In this document: positions 56,247-64,000 of the stretch, in pieces
Layout of the letters: every line of letters starts with the position of its first letter
Position numbering within the stretch: position 1 is the first letter of the stretch
Source: Dehalococcoidia bacterium
GTDB lineage: Bacteria; Chloroflexota; Dehalococcoidia; UBA2979
Length of the DNA: 64,000 nucleotides
Reading direction: 5' to 3'
NCBI GenBank assembly: GCA_965226785.1
Contig: CBDDEC010000004.1
Span: 1,324,521-1,388,520 of the forward strand
The notes under the pieces: model-generated
What the model was told of the DNA's origin: nothing
Databases searched by the model: none
The model's input: the letters and a program-made list of their open reading frames with translations, nothing else
Translations under genes and position numbers: made by a program

Positions 56247-57364
56247 GTGGGACGGCAAAACCTCATGCGGCCCACCGATACTCATGATGCAAGCCTCCTA
56301 GCACCGGCTTGCTGTCGACTCGCTGGCTCGGCATCCGCTGCACCGGCTTGCGTCCCTCCGGAGAGTCGAGCGCCAATGACCGATGCGGCCGCATCGCGTT
56401 GTAGTGCTGGACGTACTCACCAAGCACCCGCCGGAGATGTTGTTCGTTGACCGCGATGACATGGTCGAGACACTCGCGCCTGAGCGTGCCGATGACGCGC
56501 TCGGCGATGGCGTTGGCATTCGGCGCGTGCACCGGAGTCAGAATCGTCTCGATCCCGAGCCGTCGAGCGCGTGCGATGAAGTCTCCGCCATAGCTACGGT
56601 CGCGGTCTCGGATCAGGAACCCTGGCTGCTGACCCCAGGCGGTCGCCTCGATCATCTGCTGCCAGATCCAGGGCGCGTTCGGATGCTCCGTGACGTTCCA
56701 GTGCCGGATGCGGCGCCGGTCGTGGTCGATCACGATGAGCACGTAGAGCGTGCGGAAGGCGAGCGTCTGGACCGTGAACAGATCGGCGGCCCAGATGCTG
56801 GACGCGTGGTTGCGGAGAAACGTGCGCCACGACTGGCTCGGGGGGCGCCGCAGCGCTTGCCGGCGGTAGCGACTCACGGTGCGGGCGCTGACCTCGAAGC
56901 CAAGGGCACGCAGCTCGCCGACGATGCGGACGGCGCCCCACCGCGGATGCTCAGTGGCGATGCGCAGGATCAGCCGCTGCCACTCGGCGGGAATGTGGGG
57001 ACGCCCAGGTCCGCGACGACTCTTCCAGCGCCAGTAGGCGCGCCAAGCAGAACGATGCCAGCGCACCACCGTGTCCGGCTCGACCATCACGAGCGTGCCT
57101 CGCCAGCCGGACCAACCACGTGCCAGCAGTGACCAGAGTCGGCGGTCGTGGCGACGGAGCCGCGGTCGACGACGGCCCCTTGTGTAGACGGCGAGCTGAT
57201 GCCGCAGCGCCAAGTTCTCGAGGACGAGATCTCGGCGGGCGCGGACCGATGCGAAGAGTGCTGCGACAAGCAGACGGAGGTAGAGCACAGACGAGCCTCT
57301 CGTGGCTCGCCGATACTCTGCTATCTCAGGACAGACCTGCACCTATCAGGTTTTGCCGTCCCAC
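56247..57364 (-). mobile_element. IS-B (IS481-like) insertion sequence, intact copy
   Basis: IRs as above. 359-aa transposase at 56263-57342. Confidence 0.85.
56263..57342 (-). CDS. DDE transposase (IS481-like family)
   Basis: 359 aa. Reference sequence for the IS-B family in this window. Confidence 0.85.
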   Translation of the reverse strand: MQVCPEIAEYRRATRGSSVLYLRLLVAALFASVRARRDLVLENLALRHQLAVYTRGRRRPRLRRHDRRLWSLLARGWSGWRGTLVMVEPDTVVRWHRSAWRAYWRWKSRRGPGRPHIPAEWQRLILRIATEHPRWGAVRIVGELRALGFEVSARTVSRYRRQALRRPPSQSWRTFLRNHASSIWAADLFTVQTLAFRTLYVLIVIDHDRRRIRHWNVTEHPNAPWIWQQMIEATAWGQQPGFLIRDRDRSYGGDFIARARRLGIETILTPVHAPNANAIAERVIGTLRRECLDHVIAVNEQHLRRVLGEYVQHYNAMRPHRSLALDSPEGRKPVQRMPSQRVDSKPVLGGLHHEYRWAA

Positions 57365-57464
57365 GGGCCGAGATGAAGTCGCCCAGCTCGACGACCCGCA
57401 GGCCCTCGAGCGCTTGATCCGCCATCGGCGTGAGCCTCCGTCCGTACCGTTCCGGCGCGGGGAC

Positions 57465-58343
57465 CTAGGTGTCGCTGAACTGCGGCCGGCGCTTCTCGGA
57501 GAACGCGGTCGGACCTTCAACGGAATCCTGCATGCCCTGCAGGTTCTGCTCCAGCGCACGCCCGAAGGCATCGGCCTGCAGCGGGTCGAGGTAGAACCCG
57601 CGGTAGAGCGCTTCCTTGTTGTTGCGCACCGCCCGCGGCGCCATATCCAGTGCGCGCTGCGCGTACTGCATGGCGGTGTCCATCAACTCCTCCTGCGGCA
57701 CCACGCGCTGCACCCAGCCGAGCTGATGGCAGCGCTGGGCGTCGTACTGCGTGTCGCCCCAGAGCATGAGCTCGAGTGCCGACCCGAGGCCGATCTGGCG
57801 CGTCAGCGGGATCATCCAGCCGGCGCCACCCATGTTCCACCGCACCTCGGCGATGCCGACCCGGGCGTGGTCGGCCATGACGCGAATGTCGCACTGCATC
57901 GCGTACATGAATCCACCGGCGATGGCGTAGCCGTTGACCGCAGCAATCGTAGGCTTCCAGAGGTTCATGCCCTCGGCCAGCGGGCCGATGTTCTTGCCCG
58001 TGCGCGGGGCGCGATAGCCGGTCGGCGCGCCGCTCTCCGCCTGTGCCTGCCGTGTCTCCGAGGTGGCGATCAAGTCGGCACCGGCGCAGAAGGCGCGGTC
58101 GCCCGCTCCGGTCAGGATCGCGACCCGCGCGGTGGGGTCGTCGCGGAACGCCGCGAAGGCGTCGTAGAGCGCCTCCCCCAGGCCGTCGCCGATGGCGTTC
58201 ATGCGGTGAGGACGGTTCAGCGTGATCACGTAGATCTGTCCATCCTCGTGGCGCTCGGTCTTCACGACCGGGCCGAAGGTGGACTGCGGTGTGTCGCGGC
58301 CGTGCTGCGCCGGGTCGTACGCCTGCTGCTCTGTGTCGGCCAT
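57465..58343 (-). CDS. Enoyl-CoA hydratase/isomerase family protein
   Basis: ITLNRPHRMNAI...LTGAGDRAFCAGADL...C-term GPTAFSEKRRPQFSDT. GGGAG RBS before the ATG at 58343. Confidence 0.8.
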   Translation of the reverse strand: MADTEQQAYDPAQHGRDTPQSTFGPVVKTERHEDGQIYVITLNRPHRMNAIGDGLGEALYDAFAAFRDDPTARVAILTGAGDRAFCAGADLIATSETRQAQAESGAPTGYRAPRTGKNIGPLAEGMNLWKPTIAAVNGYAIAGGFMYAMQCDIRVMADHARVGIAEVRWNMGGAGWMIPLTRQIGLGSALELMLWGDTQYDAQRCHQLGWVQRVVPQEELMDTAMQYAQRALDMAPRAVRNNKEALYRGFYLDPLQADAFGRALEQNLQGMQDSVEGPTAFSEKRRPQFSDT

Positions 58344-58463
58344 CGCTGCGCTCCCTGACTGCCGTCGAGGCACCCTCGACGCTCCCGCGTGACGCGTGCC
58401 ATGGTAGCGACCACACGCCGACGCGACGAGGGCGGCGGGTGAGCGCCGGGAAGCGCGGCGACG

Positions 58464-58736
58464 TCAGGCCTGGGTGCGCTCGCGCCGCTTGCGGACGAGC
58501 TTCACATCGAGCCGGTAACCGAGCGCCTCGGCGAGCGTCGCGAGGCGGTCGATCGAGGGGCTCTGCGCGCCCGATTCGAAGCGGTTGATCACGGGTTGCG
58601 AAACGCCGGCCCGCTCCGCAAGATCCCGCTGCGACATACGTCGGTCGAGCCTCGCCTTGATGAACTGCCGAATCACCGCATAGCGAGGAGCGAGCCGGTC
58701 AACCTCGGCCTGCAGGCCAGGCCGTTCGCGCAGCAT
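58464..58736 (-). CDS. XRE-family helix-turn-helix transcriptional regulator (about 90 aa)
   Basis: MSQRDLAERAGVSQPVINRFESGAQSPSIDRLATLAEALG is a canonical HTH_XRE. Confidence 0.75.
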   Translation of the reverse strand: MLRERPGLQAEVDRLAPRYAVIRQFIKARLDRRMSQRDLAERAGVSQPVINRFESGAQSPSIDRLATLAEALGYRLDVKLVRKRRERTQA

Positions 58737-58749
58737 TCGTTCCCACACT

Positions 58750-59273
58750 TCCGACGCTTTGAAGGGCTTGATCGCGCACAGTTTCGCCGGGTAGTGCGCT
58801 ACTTGAAGCGCTGGAAAGACGAGCACTTCCCCTCTGATGGCTGGGCCGCGCCTCCAGGCATTGCTCTGACGGTCGCCGCGTACCACGACCTTGAGACCAG
58901 GTTCCTCGACAGCCTGACAGGCAAGCCCGACGATCTCGCCGCACTCCGAACGCTCGTTTCGGCGATGCTCGTGCGCTTTCAGGACCGCTGGGATGCCGAC
59001 GAGCAGAAGCTAGTTCGGCGGATCGCGATTCTTCGCCCGGTGCCCCCCTCTGATGACCTGCTTGGCCGCATGACCGCGAAGCAGATGGGCGCCCTCGAGG
59101 GTGAGTTGATCAGATTGCAGGACGCCCTGAGCGAGGCCGCCGACGCCGTCGATCCGGTCGAGGCCTGCAAGAGACTACAGGAAGCGTTCGGGGACGATTT
59201 CCCGGTGCCGGCGAAGAAGGACACGGCGTCGCAGCATGCCCCTGCGATCGTCTCGTCGAGTAGCAGCGCCTGA
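58750..59273 (+). pseudogene. C-terminal helical domain of a cGAS/DncV/OAS-like nucleotidyltransferase (CD-NTase-like); catalytic N-terminal half absent
   Basis: RVVRYLKRWKDEHFPSDGWAAPPGIALTVAAYH matches the OAS/cGAS C-domain motif (LIRLVKHW...LPPQYALELLTVYAW). No in-frame start codon and no GS...DxD upstream. The region is overlapped antisense by the XRE gene. Confidence 0.45.
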
Positions 59274-59335
59274 ACTGGGGGCGAGCCACGGATCGTCACG
59301 ACGCCATCCTGAGCGAGTTCGAGAAGCTCGGCCTC

Positions 59336-59947
59336 TTGAAGGCTCCCCACCGGGTCGATCCGGGCGGTTCGGCTGTTGCCGCGCTCGAGGGCCAGGCCGA
59401 CGTCGAAGAGCATGAGGTCACACTGCGCCTGGTCCTTGACCGCGACTTTTCACTTCGGCTACCGCAGTGGTTCCTGCAACCATCGAACGCGCTCGGCACA
59501 ATCCCGCATGTGGACGAGAACGGTTTGATCTGCGTCGCCGACCCTGAAGGGCTGGTGCTGGACCGGCATCGACCCGTTGCAGTCATCCGCGAAGCCCTCA
59601 TGAAGGCGATGGGCGTGCTCGAGGACGGGGTCAGCGGGCGCAACCATGCCGACTTCGTCGACGAGCTCGAGTCGTACTGGCGGCGCCTTCCTAAGGCGAC
59701 CAGCGTGACATCCGTGATGGAGCCCACGAGCAACGTCCACGATCTCCAGATGGTCGTGAGCCACGAGGGTGAAGTACCGCTGGTCGGCGCCACTCACGAC
59801 GATGTCGTCGCCTTCAATAACGGTGCCGCACTCGGGGGGAAGGTAACGCTGCGTGGTGGTCTCTACCTCCCTCTCGAGCCCGGTTCCACGGTGGTCCCTC
59901 CCGCTGTCCCGCCACATTATTCGAGTGCGGCCGGTTTGACGGTCTGA
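59336..59947 (+). CDS. Bacterial E2-like (UBC-fold) protein, 3' end truncated by IS-C
   Basis: HEVTLRLVLDRDFSLRLPQWFLQPSNALGTIPHVDENGLICVADPEGL matches the UBC core (F.L.I.FP.DYP..PP.V.F.T.IHPNV...G.ICLDIL), with the catalytic Cys in LICV. The last about 14 codons and the stop lie inside the IS-C left IR (59906 onward). Confidence 0.5.
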   Translation: MKAPHRVDPGGSAVAALEGQADVEEHEVTLRLVLDRDFSLRLPQWFLQPSNALGTIPHVDENGLICVADPEGLVLDRHRPVAVIREALMKAMGVLEDGVSGRNHADFVDELESYWRRLPKATSVTSVMEPTSNVHDLQMVVSHEGEVPLVGATHDDVVAFNNGAALGGKVTLRGGLYLPLEPGSTVVPPAVPPHYSSAAGLTV

Positions 59948-61029
59948 CGGCTGCGGTCGAGCCTTCCGCTGGGGCGGGAGGCCGAAATGCTGATCTACCT
60001 GCAGCTCGTGTTGTGGACGTTACGCCGAGCGGCTCTCGCGCGTGGGGATCTACTGCTCGAGAACCTCGCGCTTCGCCAGCAGCTGGCGATGTACGAGCGG
60101 CACCCGACGATCCGCGATGGCGACCGCGCCTTCTGGAGCCTCCTCGCGGGCCGGTGGCCAAACTGGCGCAGAGCGGTTGTTGTCGTGAGCCCCGAGACGG
60201 TCGTGCGCTGGCACCGCGCTGGCTGGCGTCGCTATTGGCGCTGGAAGAGCAGGGGCCGGCGGGCCGGTCGTCCTCGGATCCCCGAGGAGGCGCGTGAGCT
60301 GATCGCCCAGATGTCGCAGGAGAACCGCTGCTGGGGTGCGCGTCGAATCCAGGGTGAGCTACGCGCCCTCGGCTACGAGGTGAGCGCCGAGACGGTGCGC
60401 CGCTACCGACTCCAGGCGCTGCGCCGTCCGCCGTCGCAGCGCTGGCAGACCTTCCTTGCCAATCACCGCAAGGAGATCTGGGCCACCGACTTCTTCACGG
60501 TCCCGACCGTGCTCTTCCAGACCCTCTATGTGCTGTTCTTCGTCTCGCACGACCGCCGCCGCATCGAGCACATCAACGTGACGGCGCATCCGACGGCTGC
60601 GTGGGTGTGGCGCCAGGTGATCGAGGCGACGCCATGGGGCAGCCGGCCGCGTTTCCTCATTCGAGACCGCGACCGCTCCTACGGCGGCGACCTCATCGCG
60701 AAGGCGAGCGGCATCGGCATCGAGACGGTGCTGACGCCGATCCGGGCACCGCAGGCGAACGGGATCGCAGAGCGCCTGATCGGGACGCTGCGCCGCGACT
60801 GCACCAACCACATCATCCCACTGAGCGAGCGCCACCTCCGCAGGGTCCTGCTCGAGTACGTCGCCTACTACAATGCGACGCGGCCGCATCAGACGCTTGG
60901 GCAGGAGACGCCAGAAGGTCCGCGGGAGGTGCGGCTCGCCGGGATGGTGCGCGGAGACGAGGTGCTGGGCGGGCTCCACCACCGCTACGAACGAGTCGCT
61001 GCCTAGGGTTCCGAGTTTTGTGGCAGGAC
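59906..61029 (+). mobile_element. IS-C: IS481-like element, diverged paralog of IS-B
   Basis: IRs tgtcccgccacattattcgag / ccgagttttgtggcaggaca. The 339-aa transposase at 59987-61006 is about 55% identical to the IS-B transposase (same VVRWHR...GRPRIP and DDE motifs). Confidence 0.75.
59987..61006 (+). CDS. DDE transposase (IS481-like family, IS-C)
   Basis: 339 aa. LENLALRQQLAMY, VVRWHRAGWRRYWRWKSRGRRAGRPRIP, DDE core. Confidence 0.8.
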   Translation: MLIYLQLVLWTLRRAALARGDLLLENLALRQQLAMYERHPTIRDGDRAFWSLLAGRWPNWRRAVVVVSPETVVRWHRAGWRRYWRWKSRGRRAGRPRIPEEARELIAQMSQENRCWGARRIQGELRALGYEVSAETVRRYRLQALRRPPSQRWQTFLANHRKEIWATDFFTVPTVLFQTLYVLFFVSHDRRRIEHINVTAHPTAAWVWRQVIEATPWGSRPRFLIRDRDRSYGGDLIAKASGIGIETVLTPIRAPQANGIAERLIGTLRRDCTNHIIPLSERHLRRVLLEYVAYYNATRPHQTLGQETPEGPREVRLAGMVRGDEVLGGLHHRYERVAA

Positions 61030-61692
61030 AGCCGGATGCGGCGCCGGTCGTGGTCGATCACGATGAGCACGTAGAGCGTGCGGAAGGCGAGCGTCTGGAC
61101 CGTGAACAGATCGGCGGCCCAGATGCTGGACGCGTGGTTGCGGAGAAACGTGCGCCACGACTGGCTCGGGGGTCGCCGCAGCGCTTGCCGGCGGTAGCGA
61201 CTCACGGTGCGGGCGCTGACCTCGAAGCCAAGGGCACGCAGCTCGCCGACGATGCGGACGGCGCCCCACCGCGGATGCTCAGTGGCGATGCGGACGATCA
61301 GCTGTCGCAGCTCTGCGGGAATCCGGGGTCGTCCGGAGCGGCGACGACTCTTCCAGCGCCAGTAGGCGCGTCAAGCAGAACGATGCCAGCGCACCACCGT
61401 GTCCGGCTCGACCATCACGAGCGTGCCTCGCCAGCCGGACCAACCACGTGCCAGCAGTGACCAGAGTCGGCGGTCGTGGCGACGGAGCCGCGGTCGACGA
61501 CGGCCCCTTGTGTAGACGGCGAGCTGATGCCGCAGCGCCAAGTTCTCGAGGACGAGATCTCGGCGGACGCGGACCGATGCGAAGAGTGCTGCGACAAGCA
61601 GACGGAGGTAGAGCACAGACGAGCCTCTCGTGGCTCGCCGATACTCTGCTATCTCAGGACAGACCTGCACCTATCAGGTTTTGCCGTCCCAC
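61030..61692 (-). mobile_element. IS-B partial copy (transposase N-terminal two-thirds only, with in-frame stop), truncated by IS-C
   Basis: Right IR ends at 61692. Transposase N-terminus at 61371-61670 ends at a TGA (ccaagc to tcaagc). The sequence stops at the IS-C right end. Confidence 0.8.
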
Positions 61693-61829
61693 GAGCCGAC
61701 CGGATGCTTGTGGTAGAGCCAGTCCATCAGGCCGCGGACCTGCTCACGGTTCCAGACGTACCCGCGCTGAAACTCGGGGAGAGCGACGCTCCCGAGGTCG
61801 ATCTGGTCAAGGATCGTGCTGACCTTCAT
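61693..61829 (-). pseudogene. DUF262 (GmrSD-like) N-terminal fragment, cut by IS-B
   Basis: MKVSTILDQIDLGSVALPEFQRGYVWNREQVRGLMDWLYHKHPVGS matches the DUF262 consensus. The frame continues into the IS-B IR. Confidence 0.55.
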
Positions 61830-61963
61830 TCATGCGCCCTTCCAGTGCAGACGCAGAATACAGCGAGCGGGACAGCTCGAAGCTGAAACGGCTAGGATTC
61901 ATGTGATCGACCCGCCAGCAGACGCTCCAGCCCCTCAGGGTTGGGTCGCTAGAACGACCGCCC

Positions 61964-64000
61964 ATGGCTCCCTCGCCGACCGTGACCCCGGACGAGTTCG
62001 TCGCCAAGTGGGCGCCGAACGCCGGGCGGGAGCGGTCGTCGTCACAGGAGCACTTCATCGACCTCTGCCACATGCTCGGCGTCCCTACACCGAACGACGC
62101 AGACCCGACCGCCAAGGATGAGTACGCCTTCGAGAAGGGCGCTTCGAAAACCGGCGGAGGCGACGGCTGGGCCGACGTATGGAAGCGGGGCTACTTCGGC
62201 TGGGAGTACAAGGGCAAGAAGCACCCCAACCTCCCCGCCGCATACAAACAGCTGCTCGACTATCGCGAGGACCTCGAGAACCCTCCGGTGCTCGTCGTCT
62301 GCGACATGGACCTGATCGAGGTCCACACCAACTTCACTAACACCGCCCCGCAGATCCTCGAGGTGCGCCTCAGCGACCTCACCGACAACACCGAGGAGGC
62401 GCTACGCATCCTGCGCTCGGTGATGTCCGACCCGGAGGCGCTGCGGCCGGGCCAAACGCCTGAGGAGATCACCGAGGCCGCCGCCAGCCAATTCGCCGTG
62501 ATCGCGAGGTCGATGCAGGACCGCGAACACGCACCCGAGGATGTCGCACACTTCCTGAATCGCGTGTTGTTCTGTCTCTTCGCCGAGGACGTGGGCCTGC
62601 TGCCGGAGCGGATCGTGACTGAGCTGATCGAAGGGCGGTGGCGCGACCCGGTTAGGTTCGCGGAGGGCCTCTCAGAGCTCTTCCGCCACATGTCGTATGG
62701 CGGACACTTCGGCGTCCACGAGATCGCCTGGTTCAACGGGGGACTGTTTACCGGCGACGAGGTCCTCGAGTTCACACGCGAAGAGCTGGGAACCGTCGCC
62801 GAGGCGTCAGGTCTCGATTGGTCGCGCGTGGAGCCGGCGATCCTCGGCACACTGTTCGAGCGCGGGCTCGACCCCGAGAAGCGCGCACAGCTCGGCGCTC
62901 ATTACACCGACCGCGAGAAGATCCTGATGGTCGTCGAACCAGTCGTCATGCGGCCCCTGCGCCGCGAGTTCGAAGAGATGCAGCAGGGCATCGAGACACT
63001 GGCCGAAGGCCAGTCGCAAGCGCCACTCACACGAGACGGGCGACGGCGAGCCAACCTCCCGAAGTGGGAGCGTGACGCGCAGGCGCTCTACGGGGCCTAC
63101 CTCGATCGCCTGCGCGCTGTCCGAGTACTCGACCCCGCCTGCGGCTCCGGCAACTTCTTGTACGTCACGCTGGGCCTGCTCAAGGACCTTGAGCGCGACG
63201 CGATGCGCTGGGGGGCCGAACGCCTTCGCCTGATCGGTCAGTTCCCCGAGGTGGGACCGCAGAACATGCTCGGCATCGAGATCAATCCTTACGCCCGTGG
63301 GTTGGCAAGCGTTTCGCTCTGGATCGGCCATATCCAGTGGATGCGCAACAACGGATTCGGCTACCCGCGCGACCCAGTCCTCGGTGCCCCCGACAACATC
63401 GAGCAGCGCGACGCCATCCTCACCCAAAAGGACGAGGAGAAGCCCATATCGGCGGAGTGGCCACAGGCGGAGTTCATCGTCGGCAATCCACCGTTTCTGG
63501 GTGACCGTCGCATGCGTGAACAGCTTGGCGACGAGTATGTCGATCGTCTCCGGTCAGCGTATCTACAACGAGTCCCAGCTGGTGCCGACTTGGTCTGTTA
63601 CTGGTACGAGCAGGCGCGTTCCCACATCGAGGGTGGATTCGCACGCCGTGCAGGCTTGCTCGCGACTTCGAGCATTCGGAAAGGTCAGAACAACAAGGTT
63701 GTGAAGCGAATCAGCGAGTCGGGTGCGCTCTTCGAGGCGTGGTCTGCCGAGGACTGGGTCGTCGAAGGAGCCGCCGTCGAGGTCTCGATCGTTGGCTTCG
63801 ACGATGGGAGGGAGTCGCTCAAGAGGCTCGACGGCGAGGCAGTAGATCGCATCAACTCTGATCTCACGACCGGGTCAGACCTGACTCAGGCCGTGAAGCT
63901 GCGCGAGTGCCGCGGCTTGGCCTTCATGGGCGACATCAAGGCCGGCTCGTTCGAGATGGACGGCGACGATGCCAGGAGAATGCTGGGGCGTGCTGGGAAT
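61964..64000 (+). CDS. MmeI/PglX-family N6-adenine DNA methyltransferase (type IIL R-M enzyme or BREX PglX-like), 3' partial (runs off window)
   Basis: 679 codons with no stop from the ATG at 61964. MmeI-like N-terminal domain (EFVAKWAPNAGRERSSSQEHFIDLCHMLGVPTP...DGWADVWKRGYFGWEYKGKK with D...EYK). SAM motif I VLDPACGSGNFL and motif IV FIVGNPPF. Missed by the ORF track because there is no in-window stop. Confidence 0.75.
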   Translation, partial: MAPSPTVTPDEFVAKWAPNAGRERSSSQEHFIDLCHMLGVPTPNDADPTAKDEYAFEKGASKTGGGDGWADVWKRGYFGWEYKGKKHPNLPAAYKQLLDYREDLENPPVLVVCDMDLIEVHTNFTNTAPQILEVRLSDLTDNTEEALRILRSVMSDPEALRPGQTPEEITEAAASQFAVIARSMQDREHAPEDVAHFLNRVLFCLFAEDVGLLPERIVTELIEGRWRDPVRFAEGLSELFRHMSYGGHFGVHEIAWFNGGLFTGDEVLEFTREELGTVAEASGLDWSRVEPAILGTLFERGLDPEKRAQLGAHYTDREKILMVVEPVVMRPLRREFEEMQQGIETLAEGQSQAPLTRDGRRRANLPKWERDAQALYGAYLDRLRAVRVLDPACGSGNFLYVTLGLLKDLERDAMRWGAERLRLIGQFPEVGPQNMLGIEINPYARGLASVSLWIGHIQWMRNNGFGYPRDPVLGAPDNIEQRDAILTQKDEEKPISAEWPQAEFIVGNPPFLGDRRMREQLGDEYVDRLRSAYLQRVPAGADLVCYWYEQARSHIEGGFARRAGLLATSSIRKGQNNKVVKRISESGALFEAWSAEDWVVEGAAVEVSIVGFDDGRESLKRLDGEAVDRINSDLTTGSDLTQAVKLRECRGLAFMGDIKAGSFEMDGDDARRMLGRAGN

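Noticed and set aside
57517-58416. 299-aa minus ORF overlapping the enoyl-CoA hydratase gene in another frame, and the 412-aa plus ORF 57120-58358
   Set aside because: These are alternate frames across a well-supported crotonase gene and the IS-B end, with Arg/Pro/Gly-rich composition.

Overview
This is a high-GC (about 68-70%), actinobacterial-style accessory region that has been heavily reworked by insertion sequences; all calls below are from reading the sequence and ORF track, with no database searches run.

Four IS families recur in the window:
- **IS3-family element:** 3 full copies plus one truncated at the window start; orfA and orfB are intact in copies 2 and 4.
- **IS481-like single-ORF DDE element ('IS-B', motif VVRWHR...GRPRI):** at least 7 copies or fragments, of which two are intact, three are frameshifted, one is highly degenerate and one is truncated.
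- **Diverged paralog of IS-B ('IS-C'):** one copy.
- **IS6-family element:** 2 identical copies in direct orientation, plus a fragment.
- **Remnants:** IS21 IstA, a second IS3-type orfA and IS110.

Between the ISs sit ordinary cellular genes:
- a LipJ-like hydrolase/adenylate cyclase
- a DinB-family protein
- a GPH/MFS transporter and an MscS channel
- an NHL-repeat protein
- two SDR paralogs plus a third SDR
- a beta-lactamase-fold hydrolase
- a P450, an acyl-CoA dehydrogenase, two enoyl-CoA hydratases, a DUF35 OB-fold protein and a family III CoA-transferase
- an amidase with a small coupled partner ORF
- a 739-aa arylsulfatase
- MsrB
- a branched-chain-type ABC substrate-binding protein
- a PLP-dependent histidine decarboxylase with an adjacent ACT-domain protein
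- a FIST protein
- a VOC protein

There are also many IS-truncated pseudogene fragments:
- HMG-CoA-lyase-like
- AccD-like
- a second cyclase
- P450 5' end
- enoyl-CoA hydratase 3' end
- serine recombinase C-terminus
- two DUF262/GmrSD N-terminal fragments
- an HsdR_N-like fragment

The most interesting part is the last 5.6 kb (58.4-64 kb), which looks like a decayed defence island. It holds an XRE regulator, the C-terminal helical domain of a cGAS/DncV/OAS-like nucleotidyltransferase with its N-terminal catalytic half missing, and a bacterial E2-like (UBC-fold) ORF whose 3' end is cut by the IS-C inverted repeat. This arrangement is CBASS type II/Cap2-like. Downstream lie a DUF262 fragment cut by IS-B and a large MmeI/PglX-family N6-adenine DNA methyltransferase that runs off the window.

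Other oddities:
- a 1.5-kb patchwork of 20-100-bp IS6 and IS-B pieces
- an 11-bp x about 23 tandem expansion inside a dead IS-B copy
- a 58-bp tandem duplication of an IS3 terminus that supplies the stop codon of the cyclase gene
- a repeat family flanking the DinB/MFS genes that begins with a conserved MAS(V/A)MIA mini-ORF
- a CxxC...CxxC 50-aa ORF that the ORF track misses
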